A stretch of DNA of 64,000 bases from Hypanus sabinus. Taxonomy: Eukaryota. The stretch's first letter is position 1; each line of letters opens with the position of its first letter. This document shows, one piece after another, positions 13,030-26,000 of the stretch. The DNA is taken from positions 148,056,001 through 148,120,000 of the forward strand of contig NC_082711.1 in assembly GCF_030144855.1 (NCBI RefSeq), read 5' to 3'. The notes below the pieces were generated by a model. The model was not told the origin of the DNA, searched no databases, and worked only from the letters and a program-made list of their open reading frames with translations. Position numbers and translations under genes: made by a program.

Positions 13030-13950
13030 TGACATGTCAGAACATGAATAGGGATAGGAATTGAAATACTGTAGTTGGCCACTGGAAATTCTGCTTTTGG
13101 TGGATGGTTTGACCAAAGTGGTCCCCCAATTTATGTCGAGTCTCACCAATGTAGAAGAGTCAGCATCGGGAGCACTAAATACAATAGACTCACAGGTGAA
13201 ATGTTGCCTCACTTGGAAGGACTGGAGTCCTGAATTTAAGTGACGGAACATATGAATGGGGAGGAGTAGCTTAGAGTTACGTGCTAGAAGATCAGTGGGG
13301 AGGGACGATTGGACAAGGGAATCAAGGAAGGGGCAATCTCTGAAAGTGGACAGTGTTGGGGGAGAGAGGTAAAGATGTGCTTGATGTTAGGAACCCATTG
13401 AAGATGGCAGAAGTTGCAAAGAATGATGTGTTGATGCGGAAGCTCATGGGGTGTTAGGTGAAGACAGGGGAAAGCTCTATACTTATTAAGGCAGCAGAAA
13501 GATTGCGAATGTCCGCAAAGTGGAGGCGATGTGGGTGAGGGCAGCATCAATGTGGAAAAAGGAAACCTAGTTCTTTGAAGGAGGAGGACATCTCTGATAT
13601 CCTGGAAAGGACAGCTTCATCTTGAGAACAGATGCAGAAGAGACAAAGCAATAGAGAAAAGGAATAGCATTTTTACATGATAGGGTGTGAAGAGGTATTG
13701 TCCTGATGGCCATGGAAATTGGTAGGTTTATAAAAGATGTTAGTCAACAGTTTGTCTCCAGAGATGGAAATAGATTCGGAAAGGGAACAAAGATGTCATA
13801 ATTGGACTAAGTGAATTTGAAAGTAGGGTGGAAGTTGTAGGCAAAGTCGATGAAATTGATGAGATCAGAATTGGTGCAAAATGCAGCACCAATGTAGTGG
13901 TCATGTCAGACAGGAAGAGCTGGGGAGTATCAGCAGGGAAGGCTTGGAGC
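13030..13950 (-). mobile_element. Penelope-like element, RT/GIY-YIG remnant
   Basis: Frameshifted peptides SFQVRQHFTCES, HIILCNFCHLQ typical of Penelope C-terminal region. Confidence 0.7.
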
Positions 13951-15330
13951 AAATTGTTTATGTTTAATCATTCACGGTCCAGGGTGGAAAAAGGATGTGA
14001 ACCGTCGTTTTTAATAACTGGTAAAATCTCCTTCAGCAGCAATAACCTCCACCAGCTGTTTCCTGTAGCTGATCAGACCTGCACATTGGCCTGGAGAAAT
14101 TTTAGACCATTCCTCCATACAAAACTGTTTCAGTTCATCAATATCTCTGGGATATCTTGCATGAAAAGCCCTCTTCAGGTCATACTACAGCATCTCAAAT
14201 GGGTTAAGGTCGGGACACTGATTTGGCTATTCCAAAACACAAATTTTTCTTCTCAAACTATTCTGTTGATTTACTTGTGTGTTTCAGATCATTGTCTTGT
14301 TGCATCATCCATCTTCTATTAAGCTTCAGGCAATGGAACACTATCCTGACATTCTTCTGTAAAATGTCGTTACAATTTTGAATTCATTGTTCCCTCAGCA
14401 AAGCAGCCCAAAACCATGATGCTCCTTCCACTATGCTTCACAGTTGGGTTGAGGTTTTACTGTTGGTGTGCAGTGCCCTTTTTCTTCCAAACAGCTGTGT
14501 GCATTTCTGCAAAAAAGTTCCAACTTTTGTCTCATCTGCCTTAAGAACATTGTCCCAGAAGAGCTGTGGAACATCTAGGTGGGTTTTTGAAAACTTGAGA
14601 TGTGCAGCAGTGGTTTTTTGTTTGGGAGAGCAGTCATGCTGTCCTTCCATGGACACCATTCTTGTTCAGTGGTTTTCTTATAGTGGACACAAACAGAGAC
14701 TTTAGCAAATTCTAGAGATTTCTGCAGGTCTTATACTATTACCCCTGGGTTCTTTTTCACTTCTTTCACCAATTGCACATTGTGCTTTTGGAGTGATCTT
14801 TGCAGGACGCCCACTACTAGGGAGAGCAGCAACAGTACTGTACTTCCTCCATTTGTAGACAATTTCTCTTACTGTGGCTGATGAACACTCAGTTCTTTAG
14901 AAATGCTTTTGTAGTTTTTTCCAGCTTCAATCATATCCACAATTCTTCTAAAGTCATTTGAAAATTGTTTTGATCAAAGCATGGCGGGAATAAACATCTT
15001 TCTTGAGACCAGGCTCTGTCAGTAACCTGTTTTTTATATAAGGCAGGGCACCTCTACAACCCACACCTCAAATCTCATCTCATTGATTGGAAGATCTGAC
15101 TCCAAATAGATTTTGTAGAAGGCATTACTCCAGAAGTACACTTACTTTTTTGAACCTGGACTATGATTGTTTAAATGGTGTACTCAGTTTTGACCAGAAG
15201 TAGTACAATTGATTGTGTGTTATTAGTTTCGGCAGATTGTGTATCTATTATTGTGACTTAGATGAAGATCAGACCACATTTTATGAGTAATTGCAGAAAA
15301 CCAGGTAATTGCAAAGGGTTCACAAACTTG
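13950..15330 (-). mobile_element. Tc1-like DNA transposon remnant
   Basis: HLKFSKTHLDVPQLFWDNVLKADETKV (Tc1 W..VL.SDETK motif) and TVKHSGGSIMV-like coding sequence on minus strand. Confidence 0.8.
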
Positions 15331-16153
15331 TGTGTGTGTATATCTAGGGTGTCTAAAACTTTTTCACAATATTGATAGTAAGTTTATGCATTGCATTATA
15401 CTGCTGGCACAAAATAAAAATTTCATGACATGTGAGTGATTATAAACCTGATTCTGATATAGGTCTCTATTGTGGACTAAGAGAGAGAAGGGGGCAGGAA
15501 GAGGGGATTCAAAGCTGGAAAAAGGGGAAGGGAGAGGGGTTGAGCAGGAAGCACCAGAAAGAGATTCTCTAACGATCAATAAACTAACATTGCCTGGTGT
15601 CTAAAGCTGTGTGTGTCAGTACTTGCACCACCCCCTGTCCCAGTACTCCTCCTTTGCCACCTGCCCTACACCCCTCCTGTGGCACTCTACCCTTGCCATT
15701 CCCAATATCCTCTGCTCCCACCCAAATGTACCCACTTCACTCTCCACTTTGTGTTGACATATACAATTCTGTGCAAAAATCTTAGGCAACTTAGTTTTAT
15801 ATATCTAAGAATTTTTTACAGTACTTGTACACTAATCCCATTTTATTCCCACATTTCCTTTAACACTACCTCCCCCACTTCCACATGCCAGTGTACTTTA
15901 GTGCAGTCAATTACCCTATCAAGCTGCCCATCTTTTGGGCATAGAATGAAGCCACTGTGGGAAAACAGTCTGATCAGAGAGAATATGCAAACCTCTCACA
16001 GACGTTTCCAGGAATCAGCTTTGAATTCAGGATGATGAAGCTAAGAGGCAGTGGCTGTATCAGCTGCACCAGTGTACTAATCTGATTTGTCATCATCATT
16101 TGCTTATATTACAAAATGTGCAGCCAATCTAAACAGAAATATCATAAATCAAG

Positions 16154-16159
16154 TTTATT
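16154..16159 (-). terminator. Candidate NIPSNAP2 polyadenylation signal
   Basis: AATAAA on minus strand about 850 nt past the stop, at the end of an AT-rich, repeat-free 3'UTR-like stretch. Confidence 0.4.
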
Positions 16160-17006
16160 ATAGTCTTAAGAGTGTATTGGCTGTTGTAGCCTGACTGTTG
16201 ATCAATGACCTCGAAACTCACTCCTTTCATTAATTAGATTTACCTTAATTATTGTAAATCCCAAAAACTATACATAATAGTGCTATTTAAAAAAATAAGC
16301 ACACGACAAAACCAGTTTAAAAAAATGACATTGTAAGCTTAAATTTTGTACAGTGATTTAACATGCACCACCTACAGCAGTAGAAAGCAACCCAAAAATA
16401 ATCTACTATAACATTTTATGTTGAATTTGTATCAGGTAAACAGCAGGTGTACTATTCTTTCTTCACAAAAACTAATTTTGATTTAAAAAGTAATTCCCTA
16501 ACTAAGAGTTAAAAATTGTGATGTTCTGAGATCTTACTGAATGGGGATCAGTGTTTTGGGCTGGGAACTTTGCTTATTTTTTCCAAGAATCAGGCATAAT
16601 TTGTCCATGTTGCACAATGGAACACAAGATTGAATTAATACCTTAAATTTACACTTTTCAAAAACTATTCCACTAAGTAAAATAAGTGGAACAGATGAGA
16701 TAAAAAAAACCACACCAACATTAATGAAACTGTCCGAAGGTAAAGGAGTGCAGCAAAACTGAAATAAGACAATAAAATATATGGTAAGCATTCAAGATTT
16801 TAAACACCTAACAGTGTAATTTTAGTGCTTTGGAAATAAAATATTACCGTTGGTAACAGAGTTAGCTTCAGAAATATTTCTGTAAATTTGATAAAAGGTC
16901 CAGAAGTTAAAATATGCTTTTGAATCTTGACAAGCTCATTCTTCCCTCATATATTAAGACAAAACACAACTTATTAACTTTCTTGCAAGATGTTCCTAGT
17001 TGAGCT

Positions 17007-17071
17007 CTACTGAAGTGGTGAAATTTTCAGTGGGATCATAATCCTGGAATCCATCCGCTGAATGAGTGGCA
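17007..17071 (-). CDS. NIPSNAP2: NIPSNAP2 exon 10 (coding part)
   Basis: [21 protein letters not shown] (TAG at 17009-17007). Confidence 0.95.
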
Positions 17072-20000
17072 CTGTGGAGAGGAAACAATGTATAATTCAT
17101 GCATACATTTAAAATATACACTTTACTTGATAGCAAAAATTGATGGATCAAAATGCAAATAATGCAAGCTGCCAGCTCTTTATTAACCTTTAATTTTAAA
17201 TCATTTGTATTTATATTTAGTAAGCAAACATTTAACAGAAAATGCAAATATTTTCCTCAAAGAATCAACTGGATAATTCCAAACAAAATCCATACCAGCA
17301 CTGCACATGAAAAATTTAAGCTATTTTATTATTCACACAACTATACTTCATATAGGTTTTGTGAATATATGTATATATTAAAAATATTTACTCATACAAA
17401 TATGCTATAAAGTAGTGTTCTATCAGAAAAGAAAGTCAAAAACAACAATAAGGATCTAGTGCTTTGCCAGCATAAAAGACGAATAAACTCTTCTCTGGCT
17501 TCCAGCCGGGTACAAATATCAATTTTATCTGACGTTTCAATGACAAAACTCTGCCATCTTCATCCAGTTTGATGCCTGGGCTTGTCTAGTCTGGTGGTGT
17601 TTATACCCCCATCGTCTGTCCCTTCTGATCGGTTAATCCTCATCCAATTAGGTTTCTGCTCTGCCATCCTGTTTACAATTGAAATCCAGTTCTTACTTAG
17701 AGCGAGACCTTCATCTTTGTTCTTTTCCTCTAGTTTTATTTCAATGGCTTCCTTCACCAGGCAGTCCCAAAAGCCATTGGCACAGCACAGTAGTTTTGTG
17801 CCGTTGAAGTCAATCATACGGCCATTGCGAATGCAATGTTCTGCTACCACCGATTTCTCCGCATAACCCAAACATTGCTACCTCCTGTCTTCCCTATGTT
17901 TCCACGGTTTCCAGAAGGATCGTCAGGATCCTGAAGAAATACCGGATAATACCACTCACAAGCTCTAAGGAAGCTCAAATCACAGCTTATTTGGGTCAAA
18001 GATGACCTGGGCCTCAGAACCCTGTGAATGTGAAACAGTATACATTGGCCACATGGGTTGCATGGTAGAAACCCACATCAAGGAGCACAGGAGGTGTATC
18101 CTATTCTCCTGCCTTCTCATCGTAGCCTTTGACACCCTGAATAATCAAGAACCCATCAACCTCCATTTTAAATATACTCAGTAACTTTGTCTTCACAGCC
18201 TTCTGTGGCAATGAAATTCCACAGATTCACTACTCTCTGGCTAAAGAAATTCAACCTCATCTCTGTTCTAGATGGATGTCCCTCCAATCTGAGGCTATAC
18301 CCTGTAGTCCTAAACTCTCACACATCCACTCCACCTAGGCCTTTTCAAAGATGGTCAGTTACACTGAAATGGAATTCTGCTGCAAACTGAATGCCAGCCA
18401 CAAAAGATGCCTGACATTGTCACATTTAATTTTGGTGTGCTGAATACTGCAGAAATAATTTTGCTGAATGACACTGATGTGGTTCTACGGGTGAAATACT
18501 GAACAGTGAAAAGGTATTTTCCACATTTGAATGCTAATACAAATGCTTTACAAAGGTAGAGCGTTATGAAACTTTTCTTAAGCCAAAATGGTGTAAAGTG
18601 AAGAACCATTAACTTATATGGGAAACATTTTCGTAAAAGTGAAAATCCTCTTTGTAATGCGAAAACGTTAACTAATGTAGGTCTTTTGTAAAAGCGAAGT
18701 GGCGTAAAGCAAACATTTGTAAAGCAGGGGACACCTGTAAACTATAAAAAATCAATTACATTTTCTTCTTTCTGATACAGGATATAAAAGCTCATTCTAC
18801 CATGCTTGGATATTGAAGACTAAATATTATTGATCTATGTAGCTTTACTTCAACTGTTACAGAACACAAATTTTAGACTAAAAATACCTGTGTAGTATAC
18901 ACATTCATCCCAGCCAGGTTTCTGCCATGCTGAATTTCGTGTTTCATCTCTTGACTGCAAATCTTTATAAGCTTTAAAACGCACAAAGCACAAGAAATAA
19001 AGTTAGGTTTATAATACTTATATTTAATATAACTAAGCCATTAAAACCAAATGTTAAAACTCAACTGAAATATCATCTACTCTAAGTTGTCAATTATAGT
19101 TGGTCATCCCTTTAGATCAGTATTTTTAAAACAGATCTCTTAGTAAATTGACAATTTTACCTGCTACCACAAGTACATGTATATGAAAGGCTGAGAGAGA
19201 TATGGGCCAAACATGACAAATGAGTCTTTCTTAGGTCGGCCACATTGTCAGCATGGACAAAATGAGCTGAAGGGCTATCCACAACTTAAGTGAAATACTT
19301 CCATTACATAACATTTTTGTTTATATTTTTCACTATCTGTCCAGTAACCTGGATAACTTTATAAGCATGAAAATAGAATCCTTTGTCGGATGGATTACTT
19401 CAGAACACAAGTGTGAAGATGAAATTACAAATAAAAGTTGCCATTTTGTCCTCCAGATTTGTAAAACAATTTCCCTCTCCCCAACTCCCCTTATGAACTG
19501 CAATTGTGAAGACTCTGACTTTATGTTTGCTGTCCTTTCACAATTGGGCATTTGCCATAGGTGAAACCACATAATTTGTAGAAAAAGTGCATAGCAGAAT
19601 TCTTGAATATAACTGACATAAGCCCATTAAATGCAGCATGCACTGTGGCATAATTGTTAATTCTGGCTGATTATTTTCCATCTTAACCAAGAAACAATTA
19701 AGCAAACTGTAATTACACACGAACGTCTGACTGAGAACAAAAAGGCCGGCATTGATCGGACTTCCGTGCTCTACATGGCTCAGTTTCTTAATGCATTAAA
19801 AAACTTTTTTTCCCATGTGTACAACTTCTGCATAATCACAGACTCGGTCTTTACTGATGTAGTGTGTAGTTGGCTGGCAATTCTCATTTAAGAATTCAGT
19901 ATTTGAGGTTCTTAATGTCTCATTTGACTGCTTGATGCTCAAAGACAAAACTGTGATTGCATTCTAAAATTTCATTCAACTTAAAAGCAAGCTTGACTGG

Positions 20001-23000
20001 GCCTTTATATTCAAGTGACAGCACAGCTTGCTAATTTAGCATTAGTGAGTTTTAGACAGAATCATGGTGATGAAACACATCAATTCCTGCAATGTGGAGA
20101 TTCTCCAATTTGCCGAGTGTCAACAGAAAATGCCACTTCATTGGCTCTTCGCTCAATCGTGGAACATCTGGACAGTGACGATGCATACATTGGGATTCTC
20201 TTCTTTGACTACAGTTCAGCTTTCAATACTATCATCACCTCACAACTAACCAATAACCCCCAAGACCCAGACCTCAAATGATTTCCTCACTTGAAGACCC
20301 CAGTCAGTTCAGATTGGCAACAACATCTCTTCCACAATCTCCATCAGCACAGGTACATCAGAAAACTGTATGCTTAGCCCCCTGCTCTACTCGTCTTACC
20401 CTTGTCTGTGAGGCTAAGCACACCTTTAATGCCATGTTTGTTTTCTGATGATACCACTGTCATTGGCCGAATCGAAGGTGGTGATGAATCAGCATATAGG
20501 AGGGAGATTGAAAATCTGTCTGAATGGTGTCAGCAAGACCAAGGAGCTGAATATTGACTTCAGGAGGAGGAAACCAGAGCTCCATGAGCCAGTTCTTATC
20601 AGGGGGTCAGAGGTGGAGAGAGACACATTAAGTGACTTGCTATTACTTCAGATGTGCAGTGGATAATATACTGACTGGTTGCATCACAGCCTGTCATGGA
20701 AACACCAATTCCCTTGAATGGAAAAGCCTACAAAAATAGTAGATACAACCCAGTCATCACGGGTGAAACCCTCCCCACCACTGAGCACATCTACGAGGAG
20801 TGCTGTCACAGAAAAGCAGCATCCATCAAGGACCTTCACCATCCAAGCCATATTCTCTTCTCACTGCTGCCAGCAGGGAGGAGGTAAAGAAGCCTTAGGA
20901 CCCAGGATCCACAGCACCATTTTCAAGAACAGTTATTACTCCTGAACCATAAGGTCCTTGAACCAGAGTGGATAACTTCACTCACCCCAACACTGAATTG
21001 TTCCCATAACCTATGGGCTCACTTTCAAGGACTCTTCATCTCAAGTTCTCGATATTGACTGCTTATTTATTTATGATTTTTTTTTTCTGTTTTGTATTTG
21101 CATAGTTGTCTTTTGCACACTGGTTGCTTGTCTCATTGTGTGTAGCTTTTCATTGATTTCTTTGTATTTTCTTTGTATTTACTGGGAATGCCTGCTTGAA
21201 AATCAATCTCAGGATTGTATATGGTGACATAAATTTACTTGAATGTTAACCAGTGCTTGTCCATCCAAATATTTATATATTCAGTCCCTTAGAATAATTT
21301 ACCTACTATTGATGGCAGGCTCACCAGCCTATTATTTCCTGGCTTATTCTGGGAGTCTTTCTAAAACAATGGAGCAACATTAGCTATCCTCCAATCCTCA
21401 AGCACCTCAACCATGGCTAAGGGCATTTTAAATATTTCTGCTAGGGGTCCTGCAATTTCTGCACTAGCCTCCCACAGGGTCCAAGGGAACAAATTATCAG
21501 GCCTTGGGGACTTATCCACCGTAATTTTCCTCAAGACAGTACACACCTATTGGGGTAAATACATATTGATACAAACGACATAGGCAGGAAAAGGGAGGAG
21601 GTCCTGAAAGCAGACTACAGAGAGTTAGGAAGGAAGTTGAAAAGCAGGTCCACGAAGATAGTCACCTTGGGATTACTGCCTATGCCACGTGACAGTGAGT
21701 ATAGGAATAGAGTGAGATGGGGGCAATGCATGGCTGAGGGATTGAAGCAGGGGGCAGGGATTCAGATTTCTGGATCATTGGGACCTCTTTTGGGGCAGGA
21801 GTGACCTGTACAAAAAGGATGGGTTGCATTGAATCCTAGAGTGACCAATATCCTGGCGGGGAGGTTTGCTAAGGATACTGGGGAGAGTTTAAACTAGAAT
21901 TGCTAGGGGGTGGGAACTGAACTGAAGAGATGGAGGAAGAGACACAAATAGTCCACAAATAGAGGAAGCTTGGAGACAGTGCGAGAGGGAGGATAGGCAG
22001 GTGATAGAGAAGGAATGCACTCAGACAGATGGTTTGAGATGCGTCTATTTTAATTCAAGGAGTACTATGAACAAAACGGATGAGATTAGAGGGCGGATCA
22101 GTACTTGGAGCTATGATGTTGTGGCCATTACAGTGACTTGGATAGCTCAGGGCAGAAATGGTTACTTTGAGTGCCAAGCTTTAGATGTTTCAGAAAGGGC
22201 AGTGAGGGAGGCAAAAGAGGTGGGGGTGTGGCACTGTTGATCATTGATAGTGTCACGGCTACAGAAACGGGGGAAGACATGGAGGGATAATCTACGGAGT
22301 CTCTGTGGGTGGAAGTTAGGAAGAGGAAGGGCTCAATAACACTACTGAGTGTTTTTTTTAAATACACCACCTGATAGTAACAGGAACATCGAGGAGCAGA
22401 TAGGGAGACAGATTCTAGAAAGGTGTAATAATAACAGAGTTGTCGTGGTGGGAGATTTTAATTTCCCAAATGTCGATAGGCATGTCCCTAGAGTGAGGGG
22501 TTTCAATGGAGTGGACTTTGTTAGCTGTGTTCAGGAAAGTTTCATGACACAATATGGAGATAAGCCTACTAGAGGAGAGGCTGTACTTGATCTGGTATTG
22601 GGAAATGAACCTGGTCAGGTGTCCGATCTTTCAGTGGGAGAGCATTTTGGAGATAATGATCACAATTCTATCTCTTTTACCCTAGCATTGGAGAGGGATA
22701 GGAATAGACAAGTTAGGAAAGCGTTTAATTGGAGTAAGGGGAAATATGAGGCTATCAGGCAGGAACTTGGAAGCATAAATTGAGAACAGATGTTCTCAGG
22801 GAAATGTACAGAAGAAATGTGGCAAATGTTCAGGGGATATTTACGTGGAGTTCTGCATAGGTACGTTACAATAAGACAGGGAAAGGATGGTAGGGTATAG
22901 GAACCTTGGTTTACAAAGGCTGTTGTAAGTCTAGTCAAGAAGAAATGAGCTTACAAAAGGTTCAAAAATCTAGGTAATGATGGAGATCAAGAAGATTACA

Positions 23001-26000
23001 AGGCTAGCAGGAAGGAGCTTAAGAAAGAAATCAGAAAAGCCAGAAGGGGCCATGAGAAGGCCTTGGAGGACAGGATTAAGGAAAACCCCAAGGCATTTTA
23101 CAGGTATGTGAAGAGCAAGATGATGAGATGTGAGAGATTAAGACCAATCAAATGTGACAGTGGAAAAGTGTGTATGGAACCGGAAGAGATAGCAGAGGTA
23201 CTTAATGAGTACTTTGCTTCTGTATTCGCTATGGAAAAGGATCTTGGCAATTGTAGGGATGACTTACAGCGGGTTGAAAAGCTTGAGCATGTAGATATTA
23301 AGAAAGAGGGTGTGTTGGAGATTTTGGAAAGCTCAAGTTGGATAAGTCACCAGGATGGGACAAGATGTACCCCAGGCTACTGTGGGAGGCGAGGGAGGAG
23401 ATTGCTGAGCCTTTGGCAATGATCTTTGCATCATCAGTGGGGACGGGAGAGGTTCCGGAGGATTGGAGGGTTGAGGATGTTGTTTCATTATTCAAGAGAT
23501 GGAGTAGAGATAGTCCAGGAACTTAATAGACCAGTGAGTCTTACTTCAGTGGTTGGGGTGTTGATGGAGAAGATCCTGAGAGGCAGGATTTATGAACATT
23601 TGGAGAGGCATAATATGATTAGAAATAGTCAGCATAGCTTTGTCAAAGACAGCACATGCATTACAAGCCTGATTGAATTTTTTGAGGATGTGACTATACA
23701 CATTGATGAAGGTAGAGCAGTCGACATAGTGTATATGGATTTCAGCAAGGCTTTTGACAAGGTACACCATGCAAGGCTTATTGAGAAAGTAAGGAGGCAT
23801 GGGATCCAAGGGGACATTATTTTCTAGATCCAGAACTGCCTTGCCCACAGAAGGCAAAAAGTGGTTGTAGACGGGTCATATTCTGTCTGCATAGAGGTCA
23901 ATGACCAGTGGTGTGTCTCAGGGATCTGTTCTGGGACCCCTACTCTTTGTGATTTTTATAAATGACCTGGATGAGAAAATGGAGGGATGGGTTAGTAAAT
24001 TTGCTAATAACACAAAGGTTGGGGGTGTTGTGGATAGTGTGGAGGGCTGTCAGAGGTTACAGTGGGACAGTGATAGGATGCAAAACTGGGCTGAGAAGTG
24101 GCAGATGGATTTCAACCCAGATAAGTTTGGTAGGTCAAATATGATGGCAGAATATAGTATTAATGGTAAGACTCTTGGCAGCGTGGAGGATCAAAGGGAT
24201 CTTAGGGTCTGAGTCCATAGGACACTAAAAGCTGCTGCGCAGGTTGACTCTGTGGTTAAGAAAGCATACGGTGCATTGGCCTTCATCAACCATGGGACTG
24301 AGTTTAGGAGCCATGAGGTAATGTTGCAGCTATGTAGGACCCTGGTCACACCCCACTTGGAGTACTGTGCTCAGTTCTGGTCGCCTCACTATAGGAAGGA
24401 TGTGGACACCATAGAAAGGATGCAAAGGAGTTTACAAAGATGTTGCCTGGATTGGGGAGCATGCCTTATGAGAATAGACTGTGTGAACTCGGTGTTCTTC
24501 TTTGGAGCGACGGAGGATGAGAGGTGACCTGATAGAGGTGTACAAGATGATGAGAGGCACTGATCATGTCGATAGTCATTCCCAGGGCTGAAATAGCTAC
24601 GCAGAGAGTGGTGAGTGCATGGAATGGGCTGCTGGCAATGGTAGTGGAGGCGGATATGATAGGGTCTTTTAACAGACTCCCAGACAGGTATATGGAGCTC
24701 AGAAAAATAGAGGGCTATGGGTGACCCTAGGTAAGTTCTAAGGAAAGACATGTTTGGCACAACTTTGTGGGGCAAATGGTCTGTATTGTGTTATAGGTTT
24801 TCTGTGTTTCTACCTCCTCCGATGTAATCTATACATGGTCCAAGGCCTCACTGCTGCTTTGCCTCTCTTCTATAGAGTATGTGTCCGTCTCCTGAGTAAA
24901 TACAGATGCAAAAAAAAAAATCACATTTTAGATCTTCCCCACTTCTTTCGGCTCCATGCATCGAAGACAACGCTGCGGAGCACTAGTTTTTCCCATGCTA
25001 TCTTTTTGTTCTTAATATCCATAAAAGCCCTTGAGATTCTCCTTCACCTCGTCTGCTAGAGCAACTTCATGCCTTCTTTTGTTCTCCTGATTTCCTTAAG
25101 TGTTCTCTTGCATTTCTTATACTCCTCAGTTATCTCATTTTCTCCTTCCTGCCTTACCTGCCATGGACCACCTTTTACTCAATTTCAGCTTTCACTTTTC
25201 TTTAGGTTTTTTCCCCCAAGTTGTTAATTTAAAGTTGATTATACAATCTAAAATATTGCAGGACAACTACTTAATTTCTTTCCTATTTGAATAATGCAAA
25301 CTCATTTTTTTGGCAATTCTCTATTTCCTTGCCATTTAGCTGTATTTCTGTAATTTCTATCATTGTTACTGGAGTTTTATTTCATATTATGTAGAGATTA
25401 ATAGAGTTCACTTTTTATTTTGCAACAAAATCTGATATCTGTAATATGATTTTCCCTATTTCTCCACAATTTTTGCCAGGAGCTCATAATTCAAGAAGTC
25501 AAGTTGTGTCAGATTAAATCCTCAGCAGATAAGGCTCATCCATTCATGAGAAAGTGACTTATTAAACTATGCAGCAGCTCGTAATTTCCACCAATTAACT
25601 GTACTGATATTAAAAAATACGATTTTTAAACTCAAGGCTTCCTATGAATTATATGCTAGAAACTTTGAACACCCATTCTCTTTGAATAACAACCTCCATA
25701 ATAAAATTGTACAAGTGATTCTAAATGAAGTGCACTTTCTTTGAGAAATGTAAGGCAAAGTATTAACACATTAATGAAAAATCCCACTAATTCAGCACTC
25801 TCAGGACTATGATGGTGACAAACAGATTTTCCAGATTATTGAATGTTACTGCATTAATATTCTAACATACTTGTAAAAAAGTTTAAGAAGATTTTACAGA
25901 AGAGTAGCATAAATTTTCCAGTAAACCTGGTAAGTTTCAAAGGAGGACAGAAAACAGAACCAAGTGAGCTTGAAGAAAGCTTGGAACCCCGGCACACCAT

